This document shows, in pieces, positions 18,220 to 27,370 of a DNA stretch of 64,000 nt; positions within the stretch are counted from its first letter, which is position 1, and each line of letters begins with the position of its first letter. Position numbers and translations under genes: made by a program. Origin of the DNA: Pirellulaceae bacterium (GTDB lineage Bacteria; Planctomycetota; Planctomycetia; Pirellulales; Pirellulaceae); contig JANQLU010000130.1 of assembly GCA_028280445.1 (NCBI GenBank), positions 11,626 through 75,625 of the forward strand. The letters are read 5' to 3'. Below the pieces are notes generated by a model. The model made no database searches and was not told the DNA's origin. It worked only from the letters and a program-made list of their open reading frames with translations.

Positions 18220-20335
18220 TTTTTTGATCCAGGCAACATTGAGCAATTTTCTGGTGGCAGCCGTCATGGCCGCGGTCGCCTGGTTTGTGCAACGCCGCGT
18301 TCGTTCGGCTTCGTTGGCGAATCTGTTGTGGGCGCTGGTTTTGATCAAAATGGTGACTCCGCCGATTTTTGCACTTCCCGTATTCGAGGTGCCCCGCGTT
18401 TCAAGTGTGGATGAACAATCACATGATGCGGCGATTCCAGCGACGGTGACTGAAAACGTCGAAGGAAATCTGACTGCTGCTGCAGTTGTTGCCGGACAAT
18501 CCGAGATTTTGACAAGCGATGGATCAGCCGCAGCCGACTCCAATCGATTCGTAGCTCAAGTGGCATTCATCGCGATTGCAGGATGGTTACTGGTGAGCGT
18601 TGCCATTTTTATAATCTCCGCTTTTCGCATTCTGCGTTTCCATTTTCTGCTGCGAGCAAACTCTCATTTGCATCCAAAATTGAGCCAGGGGCTCGCCGTG
18701 GATGTGGCTGGGCAATTTGGCATTCGGAGAGCTCCTGGCATCATCGTTTCGTTGGCCAACATCGCTCCATTTGTCTGGTGGATGTCCGGTCGTTCGGTGA
18801 TTGTCATTTCTAAGCAAGCCACTGAAAAATTGAATCACCGAGATCTTCGTCTGATCATTACTCATGAAATGGCACATATCAAACGACGTGACCATTGGTT
18901 TCGTTGGTTGGAATGGATCGCGCTGATCGGCCACTGGTGGAACCCTGTTGTCTGGTGGGTCCGCCATCATTTGCGAGTTTCTGAAGAAGTGGCGTGCGAC
19001 GATCTTGTGTTGGAAACTGCCGCCCCTGATGTACACCAATATGCAAACTCTCTGTTGAACATGGCAGAGTTGTTGGCCGCGCCGGCGATCCGTCCGCCAG
19101 TTGTGGCAAGCGCAATCAACAGTGGCGGAAATTTAGAGAAAAGGTTGAGAATGATGATCGCCAAAAAGAAATGGAAAGTGCCTTCTGCGTTGCGAATGGC
19201 AATCGTAGCCGTTGCAGTCTGTGTGTTCCCTTTGGGCATTGTCTATGCCCAGGATTTTGACGCCGTCGAGCGACGGTTGGGCAGTGCAGTCGAAGCGGGC
19301 GAGTTGTCGCTCGAACAAGCGAACCAGATGATGAAAGCGCTGCGGAGCGCACGCAAGGAACGTGAAACGGAATCGAAAGAGCGTCGGTACGCGCAATATG
19401 TTGATAAAATCGAGGCAGCATTGAAAGCCGGAAAAATATCAAAGGAAGAAGCTCGGGAAAAAATAATCGCAGCCAAACGCGAGTTTTTTGGCGTGGTTCG
19501 CGAAAAGATAGAGCCGAAGCGCGAATATCGCGAAAAACAATACAAAAAATATGTTGAAAAGCTTGAGGCTGCAGTCAAAGCCGGAAAAATTACGAAAGAA
19601 GAAGCTCGAAAAAAAATGATCGCAGGCCAGCGCGAGCTGTTTGGAGTTGTCCGCGAAAAGAAAGAACCGAGACGTGAATATCGCGAAAAAGAATCCAAAG
19701 AACGCCGTTACAAAGAATATGCTGAAAAGATCGAGGCGGCAATAAAGGCCGGAAAATTATCGAAAGAGGAAGCTCGAAAAAAATTGATCGCGGGACAGCG
19801 GGAGTTGTTTGGAATCGCAGGTGAGCGAAAAGAAAGAACCAAAAGCGAATACCGAGAAATGGAAGCTCGGGAACGCCGTTACAAAGAAATAGTTCAAGAA
19901 ATTGAAGAAGGCGTGAAAGATGGAAAAATTTCGGAGTCGCGCGCCAAACGAATTCTGCTCGCGAAACGACGTGAGTTGTTTGGGTTTATCGGCGAAAAGA
20001 AAGAACCGAGAGCCGAAAATCGTGATAAGGGATCCAACGAGCGCCGCTACAAGGAATTAGCTGGAAAGATTGAGGCGGCAGTGAGGTCCGGGAAACTGAC
20101 CAAAGAGGAAGCGCGGAGAAAATTGATTGCAGGACAGCGTGAGTTATTTGGATTTGTCGGTGAAAAGAAAGAACCGAGACGTGAAAAACGTGAAATGGAA
20201 TCCAGAGAACGTCGCTATAAAGAAATCGTCAACGAAATCGAGGCGGCGGTGAAAGCTGGAAAAATGTCAAAAGAAGAAGCTGTGAAAAAACTGAGGTCGA
20301 TGCGTCGGGAATTCTTTGGCGATAGAGATCGATAG
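18212..20335 (+). CDS. BlaR1-like M56 family membrane metalloprotease/sensor with a non-canonical C-terminal 8 x 40-aa tandem-repeat domain
   Basis: 'ITHEMAHIKRRDHWFRWL' is the HExxH zinc motif of M56 peptidases. There are several TM helices. The C-terminal 320 aa consist of repeats such as 'ERRYKEYAEKIEAAIKAGKLSKEEARKKLIAGQRELFGVVREKKEPRREYREK'. The GTG at 18212 overlaps the blaI stop (GTGGTTGA). Confidence 0.75.
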   Translation: MVDFLIQATLSNFLVAAVMAAVAWFVQRRVRSASLANLLWALVLIKMVTPPIFALPVFEVPRVSSVDEQSHDAAIPATVTENVEGNLTAAAVVAGQSEILTSDGSAAADSNRFVAQVAFIAIAGWLLVSVAIFIISAFRILRFHFLLRANSHLHPKLSQGLAVDVAGQFGIRRAPGIIVSLANIAPFVWWMSGRSVIVISKQATEKLNHRDLRLIITHEMAHIKRRDHWFRWLEWIALIGHWWNPVVWWVRHHLRVSEEVACDDLVLETAAPDVHQYANSLLNMAELLAAPAIRPPVVASAINSGGNLEKRLRMMIAKKKWKVPSALRMAIVAVAVCVFPLGIVYAQDFDAVERRLGSAVEAGELSLEQANQMMKALRSARKERETESKERRYAQYVDKIEAALKAGKISKEEAREKIIAAKREFFGVVREKIEPKREYREKQYKKYVEKLEAAVKAGKITKEEARKKMIAGQRELFGVVREKKEPRREYREKESKERRYKEYAEKIEAAIKAGKLSKEEARKKLIAGQRELFGIAGERKERTKSEYREMEARERRYKEIVQEIEEGVKDGKISESRAKRILLAKRRELFGFIGEKKEPRAENRDKGSNERRYKELAGKIEAAVRSGKLTKEEARRKLIAGQRELFGFVGEKKEPRREKREMESRERRYKEIVNEIEAAVKAGKMSKEEAVKKLRSMRREFFGDRDR
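19375..20330. repeat. In-frame 120-bp tandem repeat (8 copies) encoding the C-terminal domain of the M56 protein
   Basis: Periodic 'gaggc(g/a)gca...aaagccggaaaa...aaagaagaagctcg' units; the protein repeat is clear. Confidence 0.6.
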
Positions 20336-20386
20336 GTTTTGTTGATGACGCTTGGGTTGAACCCAAGGAGTTGTTGTGACGATAGC

Positions 20387-20418
20387 AAGACTCGCCAGTG
20401 ATGGCGAGTCTTTTTTGT
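20387..20418 (+). terminator. Rho-independent terminator after the M56 gene
   Basis: 10-bp GC-rich stem AAGACTCGCC / GGCGAGTCTT with a 6-nt loop, followed by TTTTGTT. A second small hairpin lies at 20351-20367. Confidence 0.6.
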
Positions 20419-20436
20419 TGCCGGAATGTGGGGAAA

Positions 20437-20612
20437 AGGTCTCACGCGGAGACGCAGAGGCGCGGAGGAAAACTGGAGGCGAGAGCTATCGTGAGCGGCA
20501 AGGCGCTAGCCGCCGGTACGAAACACGGTACGTGCGGTAGCCCATTACCGGCGGCTAGTGGCATGCCGCCCACAGGATTTGGCTCGCGGCTCGGCAGGAG
20601 CCTCGCCCTCCC
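20437..20612. repeat. Family-2 mosaic element (modules A-C-C'-B')
   Basis: TCTCACGCGGAGACGCAGAGGCGCGGAGG ... GTGAGCGGCAAGGCGCTAGCCGCCGG ... GCTCGGCAGGAGCCTCGCCCTCCCGAG. Confidence 0.55.
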
Positions 20613-20628
20613 GAGCCTCGTCCTTCCA

Positions 20629-21117
20629 CTAAGTTTTGTTTTGTTGGCGTGATTGGCAAATGATCCAGATAAGTACGATGGTGGAAATCCACTGTGCGGT
20701 GCTGGTCCAAAGGTAGATGCGATGCAGTTTGTAGAAGTGCGCGGGTTGGTCGATCGAGAAATTGCTTTCGTCCAACAATTCGTCCATCGATGGATGCAAC
20801 AAAACTAACGCAGTCAAGCAAACACCGTAAATCGCGCAACAGCCGAAGTAGATTCGGTTTTCCCAAAGGCGCCGCATCGACCGCGCGGCGAAGCCTTCCC
20901 AGATCAAAGCGGCCAAAGTCAATGCGCTGGCGGCGTTAATCATGTGTGTCACTCGTCTTGTGATAAACCCTTGAGCCGTTGCGTCAAACACATCGCCACC
21001 AATGGGCACGACCACGGCGGCGTAGAAAGTGAATCCGCCGAACGAAAATGCCAGCAACATCAACAGGAGGAATAGGCGAAACCTTCCGGAGCCAATTTTC
21101 GTGAAACGCGAAGACAT
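20629..21117 (-). CDS. Hypothetical polytopic membrane protein (~5 TM)
   Basis: 162 aa, hydrophobic segments throughout, no recognisable motif. Confidence 0.4.
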   Translation of the reverse strand: MSSRFTKIGSGRFRLFLLLMLLAFSFGGFTFYAAVVVPIGGDVFDATAQGFITRRVTHMINAASALTLAALIWEGFAARSMRRLWENRIYFGCCAIYGVCLTALVLLHPSMDELLDESNFSIDQPAHFYKLHRIYLWTSTAQWISTIVLIWIICQSRQQNKT

Positions 21118-21187
21118 AGAAATACAAAAAGCTCTGTGTGACGTTGGGGACAGGATTTACATGATTAACAGGATGGGCGTTGCTGTA

Positions 21188-21684
21188 AACCGAGCAAGTG
21201 ATGTAGTGCGAGCCTTCGGGAGGGCGAGGCTCCTGCCGAGCCGTATTGAGACAAACTCCTGCCTAAGGAAAAGCCACCAGCGTGTGGCAAGGCCGCCGGT
21301 TTGTTATCGCTTTGTACCGGCGGCTAGTGCTACAAACGCTAATTATTGTTCCATGGGAGCTGAAGTCTTCCTAGTTCAACAACTCCTTACCCAGTCGTGC
21401 GGAAATGCTTGCATTTCAACCATGGTTTTTTCTTCGTCTAGCGTTGAGTGATTCGCGGGTCAATTGAAGTTGGGAAGTATTGCAAACAAACTCATACGTT
21501 AAACTGCGCAAGAATCGATCCTGGTGGAACACCAATTAGCGTTTGTAGCACTAGCGCCTTGCCGCTCACAGGATTTGGCTCGCGGTTCGGCAGGAGTCTC
21601 GCCCCTGGTCTTGCGTAGGGCCGGTTCCCACCGGCCGTTTTGTTGGATTGGCCGGTGGGAACCGGCCCTACTTCCAGACTCGAA
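21188..21684. repeat. Composite ~450-bp element, copy 1: module B, then the module-C terminal inverted repeat, then a ~165-bp conserved core, then the C' terminal inverted repeat and module B', then a REP hairpin
   Basis: The core (21364-21526) is bounded by perfect 21-bp inverted repeats CTAGTGCTACAAACGCTAATT / AATTAGCGTTTGTAGCACTAG. A near-identical copy lies at 23033-23490. Confidence 0.65.
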
Positions 21685-21771
21685 GCGCAAAAAAAAACCG
21701 CCTGATGGGTCCACATCAAGCGGTTTCACGTGCGAAAGACGGCGATTAATGACTGATCATGTCTATCGTGA

Positions 21772-22344
21772 TTAGACGAGTTCCTTGCGGGAACCGATCA
21801 GCGTTCGAAGTCGTTCTGCCAGCAGGCTGGCGTCGAACGGCTTTTTGAATGTCTCATTGATCGCCGAGCGATCAAAACTGATTGGGTTGCCGTCATCGGG
21901 CAACAAAGCAATCAAAATCGTATTTCCAAAATCGGTATTTTTGCGAAGGTTTTGGCAGATTTGCAAAGCTTCAACTTTTCCGATAGAAAAATCGGTGATG
22001 ATGCAATCTGGGTGGAAACTTTCGGCTTGGATACCAGCTTCAAATCCGCTTGCGGCGACAGCGACTTTGAAGGATTTTTCTGGTGGCAATTCACGCTTTA
22101 AATTCTCAATCAAAACTTGATCTTGAGCGACGATCAGGACTTTCGCCATGGCTTCGTCTTCGAGATCGCCCAAAGGCATCCCGTGCTCTTTCAAGAATTT
22201 GATCAGGTATTCGCGTGGAATTCGACGGTCTTGCGAACCAGGGATCCGGTAGCCTTTCAGGCGACCCGAATCAAACCATTTGCTGACCGTACGAGGAGCC
22301 ACTTTACAGATCTTTGCGACCTGTCCAGTTGTGAACACCTTCAT
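21772..22344 (-). CDS. Response regulator with an N-terminal excisionase/MerR-like HTH (HTH_17) and a C-terminal receiver domain
   Basis: 'MKVFTTGQVAKICKVAPRTVSKWFDSGRLKGYRIP' is the HTH. 'KVLIVAQDQ...HPDCIITDFSIG...ILIALLPD' is receiver-like, with the conserved Asp pocket. Confidence 0.7.
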   Translation of the reverse strand: MKVFTTGQVAKICKVAPRTVSKWFDSGRLKGYRIPGSQDRRIPREYLIKFLKEHGMPLGDLEDEAMAKVLIVAQDQVLIENLKRELPPEKSFKVAVAASGFEAGIQAESFHPDCIITDFSIGKVEALQICQNLRKNTDFGNTILIALLPDDGNPISFDRSAINETFKKPFDASLLAERLRTLIGSRKELV

Positions 22345-23032
22345 TACAGGTTCTCCATACTACACGTTGACTCGTCTTTCGCTACACAAAGTGTCAACTT
22401 TGCGTAACAGTCATCCCAAGTCTTGATTTGAGATTCGGCATTGGACCGTAATACCGTCGAAAACAAATTCAGTATCTCAATCAAAGTTTCTGGATCGGGA
22501 TAACACTCAAGGTATTATTGATGTTGCAAAGTGCATGACACTTGCAACTGCTTTAAACGACATCGGCATCATGGTGAAATCAGATCGAATAAAATCGTTA
22601 GTATGCGGTGAGAACGAAAATTCGCTCCATTACAAACGATAGGTTTGACCTAAATTACCAATCAATCGGCGAGAGTCGCCCGGAGAGATTTTGCGAAACA
22701 GAAATGGGTCGATCTGTCTACGAAGCCCGCGAATAACCGCGAACTTGCTACTTTCCCCCCTTAGCGATGATCCCGTTCATGCAGCATGCCAGTGCGAATG
22801 AAAAGGTTCATCACCTGACATTTATTTTCGTTTAAAATGCTGGTAGGACTTTAGGATGATTTGCGAATCGTAACGGCAGAAGTTGTTAATTCAGTAACAA
22901 CGTTGGTTTTCAAAATAATTTTCAAGCCGAATAAGCACTTCTTTGGCATGGAAACGACTACTCAAAACTTTCCGCTAGCAGCGAATGTGCTATTTTTCGC
23001 CAGTAGCATCGGCGATTTCTGTAACGGGTGAC

Positions 23033-23490
23033 TCAGGGAGGGCGAGGCTCCCGCCGAGCCGTATAGGACTCTCATCCATGGCAAAGCCACCTGTGAGCGG
23101 CAAGGCGCTAGTGTCACGAACGTTAAATACTGGCCCACCAGAGCGAAAGTCTTCCTAGTTCAACAACTCCATTACCCAGTCGTGCCGAAATGCTTGCATT
23201 TCAACCATGGTTTTGCTTCGCCTAGCGATGAGTGATTCGCGAGTCAATTGAAATTGGGAAGTATCACAAACAAACTCATACGTTAAACTGCGCAAGAATC
23301 GATCCTGGTGGCACAGCAATTAACGTTCGTGACACTAGCCGCCGGTTTATTGGCGCTTCGAACCGGCGGCTAGCGCCTTGCCGCTCATGGGATTAGGCTC
23401 CCGCCGAGCCAACGGAGGCTGAAGTAGGACCGGTTCCCACCGGCCGTTTTTTATCGGATTGGCCGGTAGGAACCGGCCCTACAATTAACT
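23033..23490. repeat. Composite ~450-bp element, copy 2 (same architecture as 21188-21684, direct orientation)
   Basis: The core 23148-23311 is >95% identical to 21364-21526. The flanking inverted repeats are CTAGTGTCACGAACGTTAAAT / AATTAACGTTCGTGACACTAG, with compensatory changes relative to copy 1. The REP hairpin lies at 23424-23482. Confidence 0.65.
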
Positions 23491-24816
23491 CGCTACGACC
23501 TTCTTCAACAATTTCCCGTCGCGGAATGTTTGGACGGGACGACCGGAACGGGTGTTGAGGATCGAATCGGGGGCGATGCCGATTTGATTCAATATGGTCG
23601 CGTTCACGTCGGTGGGCGAACAAGGATCCGTTGCTGGTTCCATTCCATTTTTGTCGGTCGATCCGTAGACAAACCCTTTTTTGAATCCACCGCCAGCAAC
23701 CAGAACACTCATCGACCGTGCCCAGTGGTCTCGACCACCACTGCCATTAATATTGGGTGTTCGATTGAATTCCCCAACGCAATAGACGATCGTTTCATCC
23801 AACAGCCCGTTCGCTTTCAAATCTGCAATCAATGTGCCAAGTGCAATATCCAGTTGCGGCAGAAGATTATTGCGAAGTGCGTTGAAATTGTTGGAATGCG
23901 TATCCCAGCCCGAGATACCGATAGTGACAAACCGAACTCCCGCTTGAATGAGTCGGCGTGCTGCCAACGCACTGCGTCCCAGTCTGCCGAATCCAAATTG
24001 GTCGCGAACTTTCTTCGGTTCCTTGTTTAAATCCAAAGCATCACGTGTTTTACCAGTGCTGAGAATATCGACCGCTTGCTGCTGGAATTTGCTCATTTCC
24101 GAAGCCCGCGGTGTTTTGTCGAATCGTTTAAAGCCAACTTCCAGCTTTTTCAACAGTTGATTGCGGCGATTCAAATCGTCCACCGTAAAACCGTTCGGCA
24201 AATTGAATTGGTTGGATGGGGGAGTCGATCGTCGATAAAGTGGTCCCGAGGAAAAAGTGTCGACGACAAACGGATTATAAGATGAACCGAGGTAACCCGC
24301 TTTGCCAATGTTCATGCCGCTGAGATCCATGTAGACCGGAACACCGCGTCCACTGGTTTTCTTGTTAGCGACAATGGCCCCCACCGCCGGATATTTTAAA
24401 GCGGGGTTGATGGGGTTTCCTGTCATCACGTACTCCGTGCCTTGTCCATGTTCGGCAACGGTGTGCGTCAAGGACCGGATCAAAGAGCATTGGTCCATTT
24501 GTTTGGCGACGCGCGGCAAGTGCTCACTAATTTGAACACCATCGGCCGCCGTGTCGATGGGTTTGAACTCGCCGCGAATCCCTTTCACCGCATTGGGTTT
24601 GAGGTCCCACATATCGATCGTTGACGGTCCACCGGCCAGCCAAATCATGATAATGTTTTTGGCTTTTTTGGTACGGGACGTCGGCGATGTCACTTCCCGA
24701 GCCAATGCGTCGTTGGCCAAAATCGTCGGCAGCCCCAGACCCATTAGCGAAAGCGCTCCCACGTGCATAAAGTCACGACGATGAAAATTTTCGCAATCAG
24801 ATTTTTTAAGGTTCAT
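23485..24816 (-). CDS. DUF1501 domain protein (Tat-secreted), second copy
   Basis: 'HRRDFMHVGALSLMGLGL' is a Tat-like signal. 'AKNIIMIWLAGGPSTIDMWDLKP' is the DUF1501 signature. Confidence 0.8.
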   Translation of the reverse strand: MNLKKSDCENFHRRDFMHVGALSLMGLGLPTILANDALAREVTSPTSRTKKAKNIIMIWLAGGPSTIDMWDLKPNAVKGIRGEFKPIDTAADGVQISEHLPRVAKQMDQCSLIRSLTHTVAEHGQGTEYVMTGNPINPALKYPAVGAIVANKKTSGRGVPVYMDLSGMNIGKAGYLGSSYNPFVVDTFSSGPLYRRSTPPSNQFNLPNGFTVDDLNRRNQLLKKLEVGFKRFDKTPRASEMSKFQQQAVDILSTGKTRDALDLNKEPKKVRDQFGFGRLGRSALAARRLIQAGVRFVTIGISGWDTHSNNFNALRNNLLPQLDIALGTLIADLKANGLLDETIVYCVGEFNRTPNINGSGGRDHWARSMSVLVAGGGFKKGFVYGSTDKNGMEPATDPCSPTDVNATILNQIGIAPDSILNTRSGRPVQTFRDGKLLKKVVAS

Positions 24817-24840
24817 GGTAGATCCTTCGTAAACGATTGA

Positions 24841-27237
24841 TTAGTGGTTGGTCAGGAATTCACGTGTGTTCAATAACGCCCAGACGAGATCATCAAAAGC
24901 AGTATCGCGTTTGGCGGCTCGTTTGAGATGTTCGAGTGCAATTTGTTTTTCTTTTGCTGTTGGTTTGCGACTTAAAAATTGCAAGTAAAGTCGAGTCACG
25001 AGTTGCCCGTCATCGAGCTTGAGGAATTTTTTGCGGAGCGGGGATTCGGCGATTTTTTCGTGAATCGCCTGGTCATTGGTCAAGAACGTAAATTGGCGCA
25101 AATCGCTTTCCGTTCGACGATCACAATCACACAACGATTCGCGTTTTCCTCGACCGAGAATCTGTAAAATGCGACCTGCGTGTCCGGTGAGTTTGTTGCC
25201 GCCAATTTCAATTGCCAACGAATTTTTTCGCGTCGCTTGTCCAAAATTCTGGCGGGTAGCCAGCGCTTTGTTGATCGTGTCCAGAGCGACCTCGGCTAAC
25301 AGAGGGCGAACGTACTGCCGCGAGAAATTTCGGTTGTCGGTTAAATTGGATTGATTGGGTGTTGAAGTTCGTTGATACGTCTCGGACATCAAAATTTGTT
25401 TTTCCAGTTTGCGAATATCAAATTTGCTGTCGTAGAAAGCCAGGGCAAGTTTATCCAGCAACTCCGGATGCGATGGTGGGTTGGCCATCGAAAAATCATC
25501 GACCGGGTTGACGAATCCGGCACCGAAATAAACGGCCCAAACTCGATTGACAAAGTTGCGAGAAAAATAGGGGTTGTCCGCTCGCACAAGCCAATCAAAA
25601 AATTGTTGCCGCATGTCTTGCGAAGGATCAAATTCGGCGCTTTCAAAAGCCCGCGGAGCAACCTTGGCACCTTTTTCGGATCCTGGAATTTCCCGACGGT
25701 GCAATTCGCTGACAAAAACTTCACGCAAACGAGGCAGTGGTTGCGTTGGTTTACCTTGTTTTTTAGCTGCCCGGCGGATGTCTAATTCGTTAAATAACGC
25801 TTTGTTCAGTTCGGTCGAGCTGCCATAGTTAACGCGGGAAAAGATATTGGCAAACGCGGCGTAGTCGTTTTGTGTCCAGCGGTCAAACGGGTGTTTGTGG
25901 CATTGGGCGCAGTTGAGTCGAACCCCCGTGAACGCGACAGCCGTCAGTTCCGACATTTCCTTGAGCGGCAATTTGCCGTTGTCTGTATTGCGTCGCCAAT
26001 ACAAATCAAGTGTTTCGCGGCTAGCGTAGTCAGTATCAAATGTTTTGTCCGCCGTGCGAATGATTTTTTCTTCGGTCTTGATCCAATCGGAAACCGCTTG
26101 TTTCTGGCGGCTGGTCGCCGTCAAAATTCCACGGACGATTTCTGAATACGAAATGTTTTTTTCAAATCGGTGGCGAAACCAATCATGCCACATTTGGGCA
26201 CGACGGAATTTCATTTTGTCGCCTTCGCCCATGGCATCGACATCGCATTTTGTAATGTCGCACATTCGTGTTGCCCACAGTGCGGCGTGCATCGGGTGAG
26301 CCAGTAATTCGTCAATCTTCTTTTCGCGTTTATTGGGCGATTGATCATTGCAAAACGCGAGAACTTGCTCGGGTGTCGGGATCGTTCCAATCGTGTCTAA
26401 CATGACACGACGTAAAAATTCCGCGTCCGAAGATCGGGGTGACGGCTGGAGATTGAGTTGGACAAGTTTTCGGTTGATCAGTTTGTCGATCAGGTTGTTA
26501 GCCGAGGCAATGTCGGCCGTTGACTTAAGTGGCGGAAACGGAACAAGTGTACTGACCGAAGCGAAACCGTTGCGATAAGAAACAACGATCGACGTATCGC
26601 CATTTCTGGCGGCGGAAACGGCGCCTGATTTGCTGACTTTGGCAATACCGTCGTCGCGACTTGAGAATTGACTGAGGTGGGTGACGTCGGTCGAAGTGCC
26701 ATCGGCGAATTCGGCAACGACGGTCAATTTTCGCTGTTCTATTTTCTTCGCCCGATCATTGAATTTTGCAAATACGATTTGTCGGGGTTGGATGGTCAAT
26801 TTTTTGACAACACCTGAATCTTTTTTCCAATTCGCTCCTTGGGCGATCCATGATTTGATCGTTCGGTACTCGGCGGAGTCCTCTTTGATCAAAACACCGC
26901 CTTCGTGTTCTTCGGCACCGGTCGGTTTGAGCAACATCAGGCTGTCGGCTGGATCGTCGGTGTCGACACGCGACAGCAGACTTTTGTAATCCATCTTGGC
27001 CGAGTAACCAAACAGACTGAATTGCATACCGCCCTTGCCGCCAAACGCACCGTGACAGGCAGCCGAGTTGCAGCCTAACCGGCCTAGCAGTGGAGCGACG
27101 TGTCGCTCGAAATCGATCTTGGCGGCCGCCGATTTGGTAACTGCTGTCTGCTGCGCGGAACTCATCGAGATCGTTGCACTCGATAGGAGCATTGCCAACC
27201 ACACGATTTGTCCGAATTTTACCAGCGTTTTCGACAT
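24841..27237 (-). CDS. PSCyt / DUF1549 / DUF1553 protein (second copy, shorter)
   Basis: Signal peptide 'MSKTLVKFGQIVWLAMLLSSATISMSSAQQ'. It has 'CNSAACHGAFGG' and 'LNCAQCHKHPFD' (DUF1549). The start is taken at an internal Met (27237); the track ORF extends to 27348. Confidence 0.75.
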   Translation of the reverse strand: MSKTLVKFGQIVWLAMLLSSATISMSSAQQTAVTKSAAAKIDFERHVAPLLGRLGCNSAACHGAFGGKGGMQFSLFGYSAKMDYKSLLSRVDTDDPADSLMLLKPTGAEEHEGGVLIKEDSAEYRTIKSWIAQGANWKKDSGVVKKLTIQPRQIVFAKFNDRAKKIEQRKLTVVAEFADGTSTDVTHLSQFSSRDDGIAKVSKSGAVSAARNGDTSIVVSYRNGFASVSTLVPFPPLKSTADIASANNLIDKLINRKLVQLNLQPSPRSSDAEFLRRVMLDTIGTIPTPEQVLAFCNDQSPNKREKKIDELLAHPMHAALWATRMCDITKCDVDAMGEGDKMKFRRAQMWHDWFRHRFEKNISYSEIVRGILTATSRQKQAVSDWIKTEEKIIRTADKTFDTDYASRETLDLYWRRNTDNGKLPLKEMSELTAVAFTGVRLNCAQCHKHPFDRWTQNDYAAFANIFSRVNYGSSTELNKALFNELDIRRAAKKQGKPTQPLPRLREVFVSELHRREIPGSEKGAKVAPRAFESAEFDPSQDMRQQFFDWLVRADNPYFSRNFVNRVWAVYFGAGFVNPVDDFSMANPPSHPELLDKLALAFYDSKFDIRKLEKQILMSETYQRTSTPNQSNLTDNRNFSRQYVRPLLAEVALDTINKALATRQNFGQATRKNSLAIEIGGNKLTGHAGRILQILGRGKRESLCDCDRRTESDLRQFTFLTNDQAIHEKIAESPLRKKFLKLDDGQLVTRLYLQFLSRKPTAKEKQIALEHLKRAAKRDTAFDDLVWALLNTREFLTNH

Positions 27238-27370
27238 GTTCGAATTCCTGTTGGGATTTTGGAACTGCGAAATTTTTTGGAGTAACAATTTGTAACCTTT
27301 CGGCTTATTATCCTCTCCCGGCGGGGAGAGGAAACGCCGGGCGCTCATTACGGAAAGAGCGCCGTGTTGT

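Noticed and set aside
23393-23623. Small ORFs translating through REP-like hairpins (also 17543..17755, 21492..21719, 21499..21729, 45209..45394, 45290..45481, 45491..45673)
   Set aside because: They are created by the GC-rich palindrome, and their peptides recur as '...GPVPTGQS...(K)RPVGTGPT' in both orientations. They lack context or motifs, and several overlap real gene ends.
27238-27348. Extended N-terminus (Met1 at 27348) for the second PSCyt protein
   Set aside because: The first 37 residues are hydrophilic with no signal. The internal Met (27237) starts a typical signal peptide 'MSKTLVKFGQIVWLAMLLSSATISMSSA'.
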